In this document: in pieces, positions 52,005 to 64,000 of the stretch
Numbering within the stretch: the first letter of the stretch is position 1
How the letters are laid out: each line of letters begins with the position of its first letter
DNA from: Balamuthia mandrillaris
Taxonomy: Eukaryota
NCBI GenBank assembly: GCA_031835245.2
Contig: JAVKOQ020000045.1
Location: 186,001 to 250,000 of the forward strand
Direction: 5' to 3'
DNA length: 64,000 nt
Notes under the pieces: generated by a model
The model's database searches: none
What the model was told of the DNA's origin: nothing
Seen by the model: the letters and a program-made list of their open reading frames with translations, nothing else
Made by a program: the position numbers and the translations under genes

Positions 52005-55000
52005 ATGGCTGATTTGTGGGAAGACAAGGAGAACATAGCCCCGACTACGCTTAATAGCGCTAGCAAAGTAGATTGGAAGATAGCTGCTTGCAGTCCTCAC
52101 CACGCGCTTTGCAAACCTCCCACAATCCACAAGAAGAAACGGGCTGGACTTTCTCTGGTTTCCTCTGCCTCCAACTCGCGCGACTCTTCTTCCGTTGAAC
52201 AAGGCAACTCCTTCAACAACTCCTCATCTTTTAATATATCCTTGTCGCCCATTCCTGATGCCAAAGGGACCAACCCCCAAGGCACGCAAGACGACGGGCC
52301 GCAAACAGACCAACTCCTTACTGCTTCCTCTGTCTCGTCAAATGCCTCTTCTGCACTACAATCTTCTTCTGCGGACGGTGAAGACAACAACACTTCCACC
52401 GCTCCTATTCAGCTGATGGAGCGAATGGCAATGCTTCGCCAGAAGCTACACATGTTTCGCGTGGATGATCCCAACAATTCCTCCTCTCTTCCTTCTGTCT
52501 CGCTTGCCTCCACCCCTCAACCCAAGACCTCAGCATTAGAGCTAGGCTCCCAACTCCACACTGGAGAAGCTCCTCCATCAACCTCTGAGGATAACAGAGG
52601 CGACCTAGCAGCTTCCTCTTCCTCTTCCTCTTCCTCTTCCTCTTCCTCTTCCTCTTCCTCTTCCTCTTCCTCTTCCTCTTCCTCCAGCGAAAAGAGGCTG
52701 TCAACAGGCCCAGTACTGTCTGAACTACTGCACGACGGAGAAGTAAACCTGCTGAGGGAATCTACAGGCGGTACCAACAACACATTTGATCGAGAGCAGG
52801 GCCACCGCACTCCTCTGCGTCTGCTGCAAGAGAACAATCCACTCGAAACTCCATCTGGCAGCAGCAAGGCTTCTCTACGTCCTGCTGCCGCCACCAAACC
52901 ATCGTTGCACAAACGATATCAACTGCCTGATCCAACGCCTCCTAGGCGTCGTCCTCTTGAGTCTGTTGGTTTGTATTGTTCCATCTCTGCTTTTTGCTCT
53001 TATTCTTTCTTCTTCACTAACCTTTGAGCAACCCAAACCTTTTTTTTTTTTGATATGGTTCATCAATTATTAGGTGGTACATTTGCGAAACCAGCTTTAC
53101 GTGTACGCATCAATGAGGACCTTAACCGCACTCACAACATCCCTACAAGCAGTGACCAAGATACTGGTAATAACTTTACCCATTTCTCCTCTGAGCTGCT
53201 TTTCTTCCTTTTATTTTTTTCTTGATTCCCATACTGACTCAGTATCCACGACCAGACAACCGATCGGTGGATCAGCACATCTCTGATGAGCACGCAGGAG
53301 CAAACCTTTCCTTGAGCCTTAGCTGTGATAGCCACTCTTCCACCCTTGCTGACTCTGGTACGGAAGAACTTGAGCTGTCTCGGCGATCTCGCTCTTTGGA
53401 CCGTAAGCCGCGGCTGGATTTAACTCCTCTGCAACCAATGATGAAACGAGGTCACACCGACACCGCCATCCCTCACAAGACGAGCAGCAGTGAGAGTGGC
53501 AGCAAAGGAGGCAACCCTTTCTTTACGACAGAAGCAGCAGGCGAGCAACCATCGTTGGCTTCATGCCCAGAAGAAGCTAATCCTGCGGCCTCTTTGCTGG
53601 TCAATGGCACTAGTGATCAAATACACCGCTCTTCTGCTGGTTCGCACCTATTGCAAAGAAGAAAATCGGATGAGCTTCGATCTTCGGCGCTTGTAAGCTC
53701 GTCAGCACGCGCTCCTTCCAAATCCAACAAAACACAAGGCGCTTTGCCAAGCACTGCGGAGGGCGATGCCCACCCACGAGGCGGCAAGAAAGAACGTTTG
53801 TTTGAAGAACCACTTCGCGGCGAACGGACATCTGAAAATGTGTTGCAGCCTTGTCCACAGGCACAACCTGATACCACAGATACCTCCAGCTCTTCTACAC
53901 AGCAGCAAAGCACTGTTAAAATCAACTCTGTAACTCCTATAGCCTCTTCTTCTTCTTCTTCTTCTTCTTCTCCTTCTTCTTCTTCTTCTTCTTCTTCCAT
54001 CGACAACGCATTGAGTACTACAAGCCAAGTTGGTTGTGGTTCGGTCAAGGACCGGTCGCCTACTCCTGGCGGTAATCTCGAGAGAGATCCTGTAATGGCT
54101 ACCCTCGAGAAGAAACGACAAGAGTACTTGAGGAAAAAACAACTCAGGTTAGAGAGAGAAGCCAAGAGACAAAAGGAGGCGCAAGGCAACATACTCGGTG
54201 GTGCGAATGATGATAATGAAAAACAAAAAGAAGAGATGCGGGAAGATAAAGAAGAAGATAGGCAAGAGAAGCAATGCGAAGAAAATGGTCATCAAATAAA
54301 ACACAACGAACCAAAGGCAGACTACGAGGAGGTTCCGCGTTGTGGGAACTTGGAGAAACGAGTGCAACCGCAGCAACCACGAGGCGAAAAGAGGCGCGGA
54401 GACACAGGACAAGCAGCAAATGGAACAGAGAACAACAACAACGAGAATGTACCTCATCATTCATCGCAAGAAACGGACGAAAAGTTGCTAATGGCCAAGC
54501 GCAAGTCGCAACAGATCGCCTTTCTTAAAAAGTGGGCTTCCGAAATCGTTTTGGTACGTCTCTTATACTCTTCATGTCTCCTGATTTCTCTTGCTCTTGT
54601 GGTGCACTACAACCAACATTTCCCTTCTTATATATACATGCAGGTGAACGAGCGGCCTTATGTTAAGTTGGAATGCATCGGCAAAGGAGGCAGCAGCAAA
54701 GTGTACAAAGTAATGTCGGCAAACCTCAACATCTACGCGTTGAAATACGTGTCTCTTAAATCGGTGGAAGATTCTTTGATCGTAGAGAGCTACATCAACG
54801 AGATATCATTGTTGAGAAAAGTTAGCAAGTGTGACAATATCATCAAACTTGTTGACGCCGAAATCCGGAAAGGTTGCTTCATCGCTCCCTTTCTTTTGAG
54901 CGAGACCCTTTTTTCTTAACAACCCTTTTTTTTTTTGTTTTTAATAGGTGCCATCTTTCTGCTCTTGGAGTGTGGAGAGATCGACCTTCAGACGTTGCTT

Positions 55001-55838
55001 AACCGCCAACGAACCCAAAACAAGAAAAAACTAAAGGAACAGCAACCTACCACTGCGCTCCTCCCTTCTGGCCTTGGCCTCAACTACGTGCGGCTTTGGT
55101 GGGAGCAGATGTTGGAGGCTGTCCACGCCATTCATGAAGAACGAATTGTGCATGGGGACCTTAAGGTACGACTCCTCTATTTTGTGCTCAGCTCTCTCTT
55201 TTTTCGCTCTCTCCATCTGGTTTTACCACAACATTCTGATTTACTTTTTATTTTTGCAGCCGGCAAACTTTGTTTGTTTTCAGGGCAAACTTAAGCTGAT
55301 CGACTTTGGTATCGCGAAAGCCATTCAGAACGACACAACAAACATCGTCAGGGAAAACACCGTCCGTATTTTCTGTCCATTATTTGTACTCTCAATTTGT
55401 AGGCTCCGCTAACATTTCTGTATCAATCAACAGATTGGAACCATCAACTACATATCTCCGGAGGCATTGATTGATGTCTCTCCTCCAGATTCCAACAGTT
55501 ATATGAAGGTTAGTTGCTCCATTTTCTTTTGCCGTTATCTATCTTTGTGTTTGCTCTTCTTTTTATTTATTAACTCGTGGTTCCAGTTGGGTAGGGCGAG
55601 TGATATCTGGTCGCTAGGTTGCATACTTTACCAAATGGTATACGGACAAGGGCCATTCGCTTCCCTGTCCAACAACTTGCAAAAGATACAAGCCATCATC
55701 AGCCCAAAATACCGCATATCATACCCTCCCCTCAACAACGCTTCTCTTTTGGACGTCTTGCAAAAGTGCTTGCGCCGAAATCCTCGGGAACGACCCACCA
55801 TTCCTGAACTTCTTCAACACCCCTTCTTGCAGTCGTGA
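52005..55838 (+). CDS. MPS1: Mps1/TTK spindle-checkpoint kinase, multi-exon
   Basis: [108 protein letters not shown]. Confidence 0.93.
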
Positions 55839-56129
55839 AAACGTTGTTTTGTTGGTTGTCAACAATGAGTCTTTGCCGAGTACCGTGGTCATCTATCTCT
55901 CTGCAAAAAAAAAAACAAAAAAAAAAAACAAAGGGGGGGAGCTTGGTTACCACCCTAGTTGGTTGTTAAGGTTGTTGGGAATACTTTTCAAATTTTGTAT
56001 GTAAGATTAATTGCTATTTTCCTTTTTGCTTTTTATTTTATTTTTTCCTCTTTTTTATTTTATTTTATTTTTGTAACGCGACGCGAACAGTACAAAGGAG
56101 CAAGCAAGCGAGCACTAGAAAAAACAAAC

Positions 56130-57040
56130 ATGGCCAGCGGCAACGATGAAATAGACAGACACGTACTCCGCAAGTACGAGGTCGGCCAAAAACTGGGCAA
56201 AGGGGTTTGTTCTTAACTGCTCTCCTGTTTTACTTGGTGTTTTTTTTTTCATGACAAAATAATAATCATTCAAAAACAACGACAACAAAAGGCGTACGGA
56301 ATTGTTTGGAAGGCCACCAAAAAGAAGACGAGACAGACTGTCGCCCTCAAGAAGATTTTTGATGCGTTTCAAAATGCGACGGACGCCCAACGCACTTTTA
56401 GGGAGATTATGTTTTTACAGGAGCTTAGCGACCACGAAAACATCATTCAACTCCTCGACGTAATGAAAGCAGAAAACGACAAAGACATTTATCTCATTTT
56501 TGAGTACATGGGTTCGTTCTTCTTCTTCTTCTTTCGCGAGCTATTTTTATTCTCTCTGTTTCTAATTTGTTTGTGTTCAAACTCTGTGTTATGTTGTGTT
56601 TCCGCTTTTCTATTGGGTTTTGAAGAAACGGATCTTCACGCCGTCATCCGTGCCAATATTTTGCAGGACATTCACAAGCAGTACATTATTTACCAGTTGT
56701 TGAAGGCCATTATGTACATGCACTCGGGCAACGTGTTGCACCGAGACCTCAAGCCCAGCAACATTCTTCTCAATTCAGACTGTTTGGTGAAGGTAGCTGA
56801 CTTTGGTACGAACGCTTTCTTCCTCTTATTCTTTTTCCTTTGTAAAACTTAACTTATTTACGTGCTTTGAAATCTTTCTCTTAAAAGGGTTGGCTCGTTC
56901 GGTGGATCTTGTATCCACAGAGGATTCCCCAGTTTTAACCGACTATGTGGCAACACGTTGGTATCGTGCCCCAGAGATTCTTCTTGGCTCTACCACGTAC
57001 GCAAACCATTTGTCTCTCTTCACAGCTCAGAATTCGCTTA

Positions 57041-57086
<46 letters not shown>

Positions 57087-57963
57087 TCTCTCTCTTGCTC
57101 TCTTTCGTTTAGGTATACAAAAGGAGTAGATCTGTGGTCGGTAGGTTGTATTATGGCAGAGTTGTTTGGCGCGAAACCAATATTCCCCGGTAGCTCTACC
57201 ATGAACCAGCTTGACAAGATTATGGAGGTTACCGGAAGGCCCTCCAGCGAAGACATTGAAGGCGTTAAGTCTCCTTTTGCTGCCACCATTCTGGAAAGCT
57301 TGCCTCCATCTACTCCCAAGCCACTCAGCAGCCTCTATCCCAAAACATCTCCTGAGGCTCTGGACCTTCTTACAAAGCTTCTTCATTTCAATCCAGATAA
57401 GAGGATCACAGCTGAGGTTTGTTCTTCTGTTATTTGATTGGCCTTTTATTTTTTTTCATCTCCTCTTTGTTCTGTTCTTTGTTGGATTTCGTGTGCTACT
57501 TTCCGTAAATATTTTCTTATATTTTCAAACAAACAAACAAACAAACAAACAAACAAACAAACAAACAAACAAACAAACAAACAAACAAACAAACAAACAA
57601 ACAAACAAACAAACAAACAAACAAACAAACAAACAAACAAACAAACAACAGGAAGCGTTAAGGCATCCCTTTTTGGCCAAGTTTCATAAGCCAGAAGAAG
57701 AGATGCTCGTGGGAAAAACGATCGTAATTCCTTTCGATGACAACACCAAGTTCTCCATTTCAGACTATCGCAGCACCATCTACGATGACATCAAACGAGC
57801 CCGAAAAGAAAAGCGGCAACAAAAGAAGGAGAAAAAAGCTCAACGCCGAAAATCCGGCCTCAAGTCTGCCTCAAGCTCCTCGGAGAAGAAGACCAAGAAA
57901 AAGGGAAGCAGCAGAAGGAGCTCGTCCTCAAACAAGGAGAAGAAAGAGAAACCCAGCAAGTAA
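56130..57963 (+). CDS. MAPK15: Atypical MAP kinase MAPK15/ERK7 (ErkB-like), TDY activation motif, multi-exon
   Basis: [87 protein letters not shown]. Confidence 0.93.
57527..57645. repeat. Intronic (AAAC)n microsatellite
   Basis: About 30 tandem AAAC units next to the 3' splice site. Confidence 0.95.
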
Positions 57964-58326
57964 AGAGTGAATGAACCGCTTTCCTCACTCGGTGTGAAGA
58001 TACCACGGCGATGCTGCCCAATTTGTAATACAAGAATGTTTCTTTCAAAGAATTCCTCCTTTCTTCTGCATCAAAAATAATATTAATTAGCAAAATTTCT
58101 TCCAGGAAAAATTTTACAAAGGGGTCTGTTGTGCGGCAATGTTTTGCTCTTCCGTTAATAAATTTGCCGCAAACAACAAAAAATTTTGTATTACAAAGAA
58201 AAGGCAGAAAGGGCTTCTTTGCTTTTGCTTCTCTTTTCTCTTTTACGCTTCCTTCTTGCAACCCAACGACAACACTCGATCCCCATGTTCCAATTCACGC
58301 CTGTAGTTCCTCTGCCCACTGCAACC

Positions 58327-60670
58327 ATGACTGCAAAGGAAGAAGAGGAAGAGGAGGAGGAGGAGGAGGAGGAGGAAGAAGAAGAACATACGGAAGAAGA
58401 GGACGAAGACGAAGAGGAAGAAGAGGAGAGAGTTTCAAGAAAGAGGAAACGAGAGAAAGAAAAAGAGGCACTCTACAAAGCACGGGAACTTAAACGTGCC
58501 CGTGAGCTCGTTTCTCTCGCTTCCTTCTCTCGCGCCCGGAGCTTGTTTACGGACGTGCAACTGGTTTCGGAAGAGGGCAACCTCCACCCCGCTCATCGCC
58601 TTATCCTCTCCGCATCAGAGTCATGGCTTCGTGATGCGCTGGAGGAAGCTGATAGAAAGGCTTCTCCCGAAAAAACCAAAAGCTCAACCGTGATTGAACT
58701 ACGTGTGGAATGCCCTTCTGAGGTCTTGGACTTTATGCTTACCTTCCTCTACGAGAACCGTTTGGGTTTTGGGGGAGATAAATCAGAAGAGGAAGAAGCC
58801 ATGATGGTAGCAAGCTCTTCTTCTTCCTCGTCCTCCACCGTAACTTCCTCTTCTTCGACAATAACAGCTTCGTCAAAAGCACTGTTGAAACCGGAATTGG
58901 TGGCTGATGTTTTGGTTGCTCTGGAGAAGTATCCCATTCCGTTCTTGGCAGAACGCTTGCACCAAGCTGTCAAAGAGGAGCTCTACAAATACGAGGAAAG
59001 GGTGGTTCCCTTCTTGTTGACCTTTTACCAGCAGGAAAAGCGAGCAGTCTCCTGTCGCCAGTTCCTGGCTTACCTGCTGCAGGTGGTTGTCCACCAATTC
59101 GAGCATTTTGGCCTATCACTCTATTTTAGTGCTTTGCCATTTACGCTCTTCCGACGGATCATCCACCACAAGTATGCACGTCTACCATTCTTTTGTGCTT
59201 TTATCATTTGTTTTCTTTCGTTACTTTCTTCCCTCCCTCCTCCCCTCTCTCTTGCTTACCAATCCGCCCCTTTTCATTTTTCTAGAGAACTTGCAGTCAA
59301 GAAAGAAATAGTTGTATTAAACGCTATACGAAAGTATGCTACTGCAGCAAACCCAAAACCAACCCCCACTGAATTACTCGACTTGTTACAAGCAGTACTT
59401 ACTTTTAGTCACTTTCTTTCAGATTATTGTTATCCGCTTAACTTACTTTGTTTCTTTCTTTGTTGTGTTACCTAACCAGGTTCGCTATGGGTTTTTGAGT
59501 CTGGAAGAGTTGCAACAGGCTGAACACTCTCGCATGATTCCTGATGAGCTGATAAAGGAAGGGCTGTTCCATCAGCTCGCTCGTTTGACCGGTCCGGGCA
59601 AATGGAGACGTGCCATTCGCGAAAAGATGAAGCAGCCATTACCGCCACACCCATGCAGTGAGCTCAGGTTATTCTTCATTCCCCAAAAAGTTGCTTGGTT
59701 GTTTGGTTGTTTTACGTGCTTTTGTTATTAACCTGATTGAAAAAAAAGGGAGCTGCCAAGACCTATGCCTGAAAGCGGGTTTAAACAAAACCCTGGCGAA
59801 TTGGATCTCTCTGACGGAAAACTCTTCAAATATAAAAACAAAGATTTCAACAGCGATGGTATTGTGTGGTGGTTAGCCACTTCCTTGGGAAAGAAGGCCT
59901 ACCAGAATCCCCACACCACTGGAATTATCAAGGTCATTGCATCCTCCGTTAACGGAAGTAAGTCATTATTTCTCTCTCTCCACCTTCAGCGAAGGGGAGA
60001 AAAAAAAAAACTAACACCAGTGGCGGTAGGCTGTCCCCTAGAAACTGCATTGCAATATCCCCCTGCGCATAGAGGCGGTCCCTTCGGAGGGATGAGGGGT
60101 TTCTTCACCTCTCCTGCGGCAGGTTCCTGGGTTGTTTATGACTTTGGAGCCAAGTACAAGAGCCTCCGCATCCTGCCAACGCACATTACGTACATATCTT
60201 CTCAACCTGGATAGTTTCTTGTTCATTGGGATGAACTAACCTGAAGGAAAACCATAATTATGACAGCATTCAGCCACCACCAGGAGGCTCCCATGCTCTT
60301 TGCAATTTTCAATTCGAAGCGGCCAACAGTGTCTCCGCCAATAAATGGCGCTGTCTTCTTGCAGTAACTGCTGATACATCCCTTCAATCCAACACACCAA
60401 AAACCTGGCGTATCCCAAAAAAAGTCCATGTACTGCTCGTCTCTTCTCTGCCCTCTTTTCTTTATTCTGTGCACTCTTGTGTCTCCTCTTCCTCTCTTCA
60501 TCCCTGCCGTTGCTAAAGATATTATTACTTTATCGTGATTACAGATTTGTGGGAAGGCCTATCGTTGCTTCCGTCTGATTAGCACAGGTACTGATGCATC
60601 TGGCTCCCAGTATGTAGCCCTCTCTGGCATTGAAATCTACGGCCGTGTTTTTGGGGGTCCTTGCAAGTAA
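58327..60670 (+). CDS. BTB/POZ-BACK protein with C-terminal galactose-binding/discoidin-like domain, multi-exon
   Basis: BTB FTDVQLV..PAHRLILSASESWLR..MLTFLY; VRYGFLS; DFNSDGIVWWLAT..YQNPH; WVVYDFG; YRCFRLI..LSGIEIYG. Start ATG inferred. Confidence 0.8.
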
Positions 60671-61068
60671 CTACTTGAAGCTAAACAACGCCGCCAATAC
60701 ACTGAAAGCCGTTCTGTTTCTACAATTGTAGCCCAGAAAGGAACACAGCTGAAACGGAAGAGGCAATGTTAGTGTTTGCCAACAGCTCCATTGCTTCTTT
60801 TAAAAACTTGCTTCAATACATGCATAGTCAAGGTTCTTTCTCTCCTCTCTCCTCTCTCCTCTCTCCTCTCTCCTCTCTCCTCTCTCCTCTCTCCCTCTCT
60901 CCTTCTCTCCTCTCTCTTTTTTTTCGTGTCATGTTTTTTGCCCTCACAGGAAAACGAAGGGTTTTGGCGGGAAAATATATTTTCCTTTTTCTGTCGTTTT
61001 TTTGTTGGGCCAACAAAAGTTGCAACACATCGCTGGTTTTGAGCGACTTGTGGTTGCGTCTCTTCCTC

Positions 61069-62089
61069 ATGGCCACCATTCAGATCCAGTTCATCAAAAC
61101 ACTGTGGGGTGTGACGGAAGAAATGGGCAACAGCCCGTCTGGCTACAGCCGTTTGTTTGCTCGTATAAAGGAGGATGGGTTCCACGGTGTGGAGACACCG
61201 ATTTGGTTGATCAAAGACAAGACCGCCTTTGCTGAAGCTCTTAAGGAGAACGATCTTATGTACATTGCCATGATCAACACCTGCACAGCTCCCGGAGATA
61301 ATACTGGTTCCCAGAAGCTAGCTGACCATCTTGCTTCCTTTGAGCGACAGGTGTGACTGTACTGTGGCTTCTCTTGCTCTCTCTGTCGCTCTCCCGCCCT
61401 TACTCTCTCTTCTCTTGCTTTCTATTGCCCTCTCTCTCTTTTGTTTCTGCTTGTTTGTTGCCTCATTCTCATATCCCCAGGTGAGTGAGGCCAAGGAGAT
61501 GAACCCGCTGCTTATCAACTCACACTCAGGCTGTGATCTTTGGCCTGAAGCAACTTCCAAAGCTTTCTTCACCCGTGCACTTGAGGTAGAGCAAGAGCAA
61601 GGAATTCTGATCTGCCATGAGACTCACCGTGGCCGCATTCTGTACCAACCCTGGGTCACTCGTGACCTTTGCCGTGCCTTCCCAGATCTTAAACTGACCG
61701 CCGATCTTTCACACTTTTGTGTTGTTGCGGAGCGCTGTTTCCCACCAGAGGACGAAGACTGGAAGGACTGCATGACCGTGTTTGCTGACCACTGCCGACA
61801 TATCCATGCCCGTGTTGGCTATGCTGAAGGTCCACAAGTGCCTGACCCCAGCGCTCCTGAATACAGCACAGAGCTGCTGCGACATGAAACCTGGTGGGAT
61901 CAAATCTTGACCACACAAGCCGCTAAGGGCATGCAGCTTATGACGGTGGAGCCTGAGCATGGCACTGATGGCTACCAACATCGCTTGCCATTCACAGGAA
62001 TGGAGACGGCAGACCTGTGGGTTGTTAACTCATGGATTCGTAAGCGCCAGGAGGAACGCATGGCCAAGCAGGCCTACTGGCACAAGTGA
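61069..62089 (+). CDS. Sugar-phosphate isomerase/epimerase (xylose-isomerase-like TIM barrel), one intron
   Basis: KTLWG; IKEDGFHGVE; INSHSGCD; ICHETHRGR; LTADLSHF; HIHARVG..GPQVPDP; EPEHG..Y. Intron 61351-61480. Confidence 0.85.
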
Positions 62090-62149
62090 AGATTACTTGC
62101 AGTCAACACAGGAGTTTTCAAGTGCCCTACTGGCACAAGTGAACAAACT

Positions 62150-62250
62150 ATAACAAAATCAGGCTGTTTGCTTTTAGAATTGATTCAAGAATCTCCAAAC
62201 GAAGGCTGACCTATCTCAGGACACAAAGTGGTACTCAAGGAGCCTGAGTG
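62150..62250 (-). ncRNA. Candidate omegaRNA / right-end remnant of the Fanzor element
   Basis: Directly 3' of the Fanzor fragment. Nested stem TCAG..GTTTG..GATTC-TT-GAATC..CAAAC..CTGA. Position fits a TnpB/Fanzor omegaRNA; boundaries uncertain. Confidence 0.35.
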
Positions 62251-62750
62251 TATTCCTCATCTACCATACAGGACGGAAATTGCTTGGCCTCTGCCCGAAC
62301 CGATAGTGGGACCAGGTGAGCATGGCTCTGCAGGCTCCTCTCTGCCGGCGGGTAGTTATCCGCTGTTTTTATTTGAAAAACCTGTAAACCCCCGGTAGAG
62401 CCCTGAACTCATCTGCTAGCTCCTGAACTCCGGCAGAAGGATGAGGGAGAAGTTCCTGACCAATCAAGACATGAGCTTCTTGTTGAGGTCATCCACCAGG
62501 TTGTGGATCCTCTGGTGAAGCTGTGCAACAGACCCTGCGGAGATAGCGCCGTTGTCTGTGGTTGACCTTGGTGCCCTTACTCGGCATGCGATCCAGGCTT
62601 GCCTATCTCCTTGATGTCCGCTCGGTGACCACCCTGCAGCCGTTGTAGGTGGTCATGAATGTGGGCACTCCTGAATCCAAGGCGATGATGTCTGCCTCTC
62701 TCGTTCCGTGCTCACAGGCTTGGCTCTCGACACGAGCTCAAAGGCTGAGG
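62216..62750 (-). pseudogene. Degraded Fanzor2 / IS607-TnpB-like RuvC nuclease fragment
   Basis: Manual minus-strand translation across stops and frameshifts: ESQA..IIALDSGVPTFMTTY (RuvC-I, D at 62675-62677); NHRQRRYLRR/..QRIHNLVDDLNKKLMS*LVRNFSLILLPEFRS*QM; RAMLTWSHYRFGQR; AKQFPSC..DEEYT. Zinc finger and RuvC-III are missing. Confidence 0.85.
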
Positions 62751-63129
62751 AACACAAACACAAATATAAGCCCAAACACACAAACAAACACCAATAAAAC
62801 GAATCACACAAAGCCTCTCATCATAACGTCCAATCTGATAAGAAACCAAGCCTCACAACGCCCCATTCCCACCAAAACGCCCCACAGCGGGAGACACATA
62901 CCCACCCAATATCCTAAATAGCTAATTGATACCAACACTTCTGCCCATCAATAGCATCACCCATATCATCGACAGCACTAGAACCAATATCTTCCTCAAG
63001 CGAAATGGGAAACTCAAAAAACAGCACTACCTCCTGAAACAGGTATTACTACCTACGAGGTTGAGTCGAGATAGCCGAAAACTACTCGAAAAAAAAAATG
63101 GTAGGGGAACAGACAACAGGACGAACGCG

Positions 63130-64000
63130 ATGCAGGCGCCGGTGGAGAGCAAGACAGAGGCCACGCGCGTGGATAGACAGGCCATTAAGACGGAAATCCA
63201 GGAGGTGAAGAGGGAAATCCAGGAAGTAGAGCAAAAAATCCAGGAGGTGAAGACGGAAATACGGGCGGAGTCGGACGAGCTCTTGCGCAGCGCGGCTACA
63301 GCCCTACTGCCCTCCTTTGTGCAGCGACAAGTAAAGTTGCATGCTCTTCTCAACACCCTCACTGAAAGGCTGCAAGAACATTATGGTATGGTTTTGTTGG
63401 TCATTATGGTGATGCAGTAGAACTAAAACACCAACCAACCAAAAAAACAAACAAACAAACACGCAAAAGGGACCGATCGTGGTACTGCCGCGTCCACTAG
63501 CTCTGGTCTAGAGGCTCCCTTTTCAAATCTCCATGTGAGCCTACTAGAAAAAGGCAAAGGTGAGCGTTCCCTCCTCTTGTCGTATTTTACTCGCTAATTT
63601 CCGTTCCCTTCACCAAACCTTTCCACTACCTTGTCCTTTTCTCACCGCTTGTCTCTTTCACGTAAGATCCAACACCTGCCACAGGCAGTCCACTCCGGCC
63701 TGTGACTAATGTCGGTAGGTTCCTACCCCTTCCCTCTGGCTATTTATGTGTTGTGTTTTTTTGTCCCTCACCTAAGAGGTTGTGTCAATGCATTCTAGAC
63801 ATTAGACGGCTGGAAGAAAGAATGAGGAGCGAAATGAAAAATGCCACTCACAGGGACAGGACAGAACGTGCGTCCATACCCATTATTTCCTTTTCACTAT
63901 TGAATTTTTAGAAGCAACATGATGATAATAATCACAAAAACACCAGGGAGTACTCCGTCAACTTTTGCAGAGAGATACCAGCGATTACCAGTGAAGAACA
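63130..64000 (+). CDS. Unknown multi-exon gene with N-terminal heptad coiled-coil; probably continues past the window end
   Basis: MQAPVESK..IKTEIQEVKREIQEVEQKIQEVKTEI.. followed by several GT-AG introns that keep the frame open to ~63870; later phase ambiguous. Confidence 0.5.

Noticed and set aside
62073..62143. Direct repeats with a 35-bp spacer as a possible CRISPR-like array
   Set aside because: Only two 18-bp copies, one inside a coding sequence, with no cas genes and a eukaryotic context.
62745..62930. Upstream continuation or intron of the Fanzor gene
   Set aside because: The GT-rich tract ending CCTCAG looks like a splice acceptor but could equally encode VPQPL; no upstream Fanzor or recombinase motifs were recognisable, so an intron-containing Fanzor is not claimed.

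Overview
Gene-dense, intron-rich eukaryotic DNA: short GT-AG introns with CT-rich microsatellites and about 23 protein-coding genes. Gene content and style suggest an amoebozoan protist, which is inference only. Left to right: partial RCC1-repeat kinase, RhoGEF, a phospholipase D with unusual architecture, NMNAT, C2-SH3 protein, cereblon, FERM protein, TatD nuclease, SLC26 transporter, ankyrin-RhoGEF-SH3, papain-family protease, PI4KIIIbeta, EF-hand/PH protein, Mn-type SOD with signal peptide and HSEL tail, divergent intronless eEF1A, PH protein, DCAF10, a 40-residue-repeat helical protein with villin headpiece, Mps1, MAPK15/ERK7, BTB protein, a bacterial-type TIM-barrel isomerase, and a truncated coiled-coil gene. 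The main feature the ORF track misses is a decayed Fanzor2/IS607-TnpB-like RNA-guided nuclease gene on the minus strand at about 62216-62750, followed by a hairpin where an omegaRNA would be expected. Other highlights are a possible tropomyosin-analogue actin ruler (21 x 40 aa with no indels, plus headpiece), a candidate ER-retained MnSOD, and a 58-bp TIR element with a perfect 10-bp target-site duplication. All family calls come from manual motif recognition; no database searches were run, and exon boundaries were checked only where stated.
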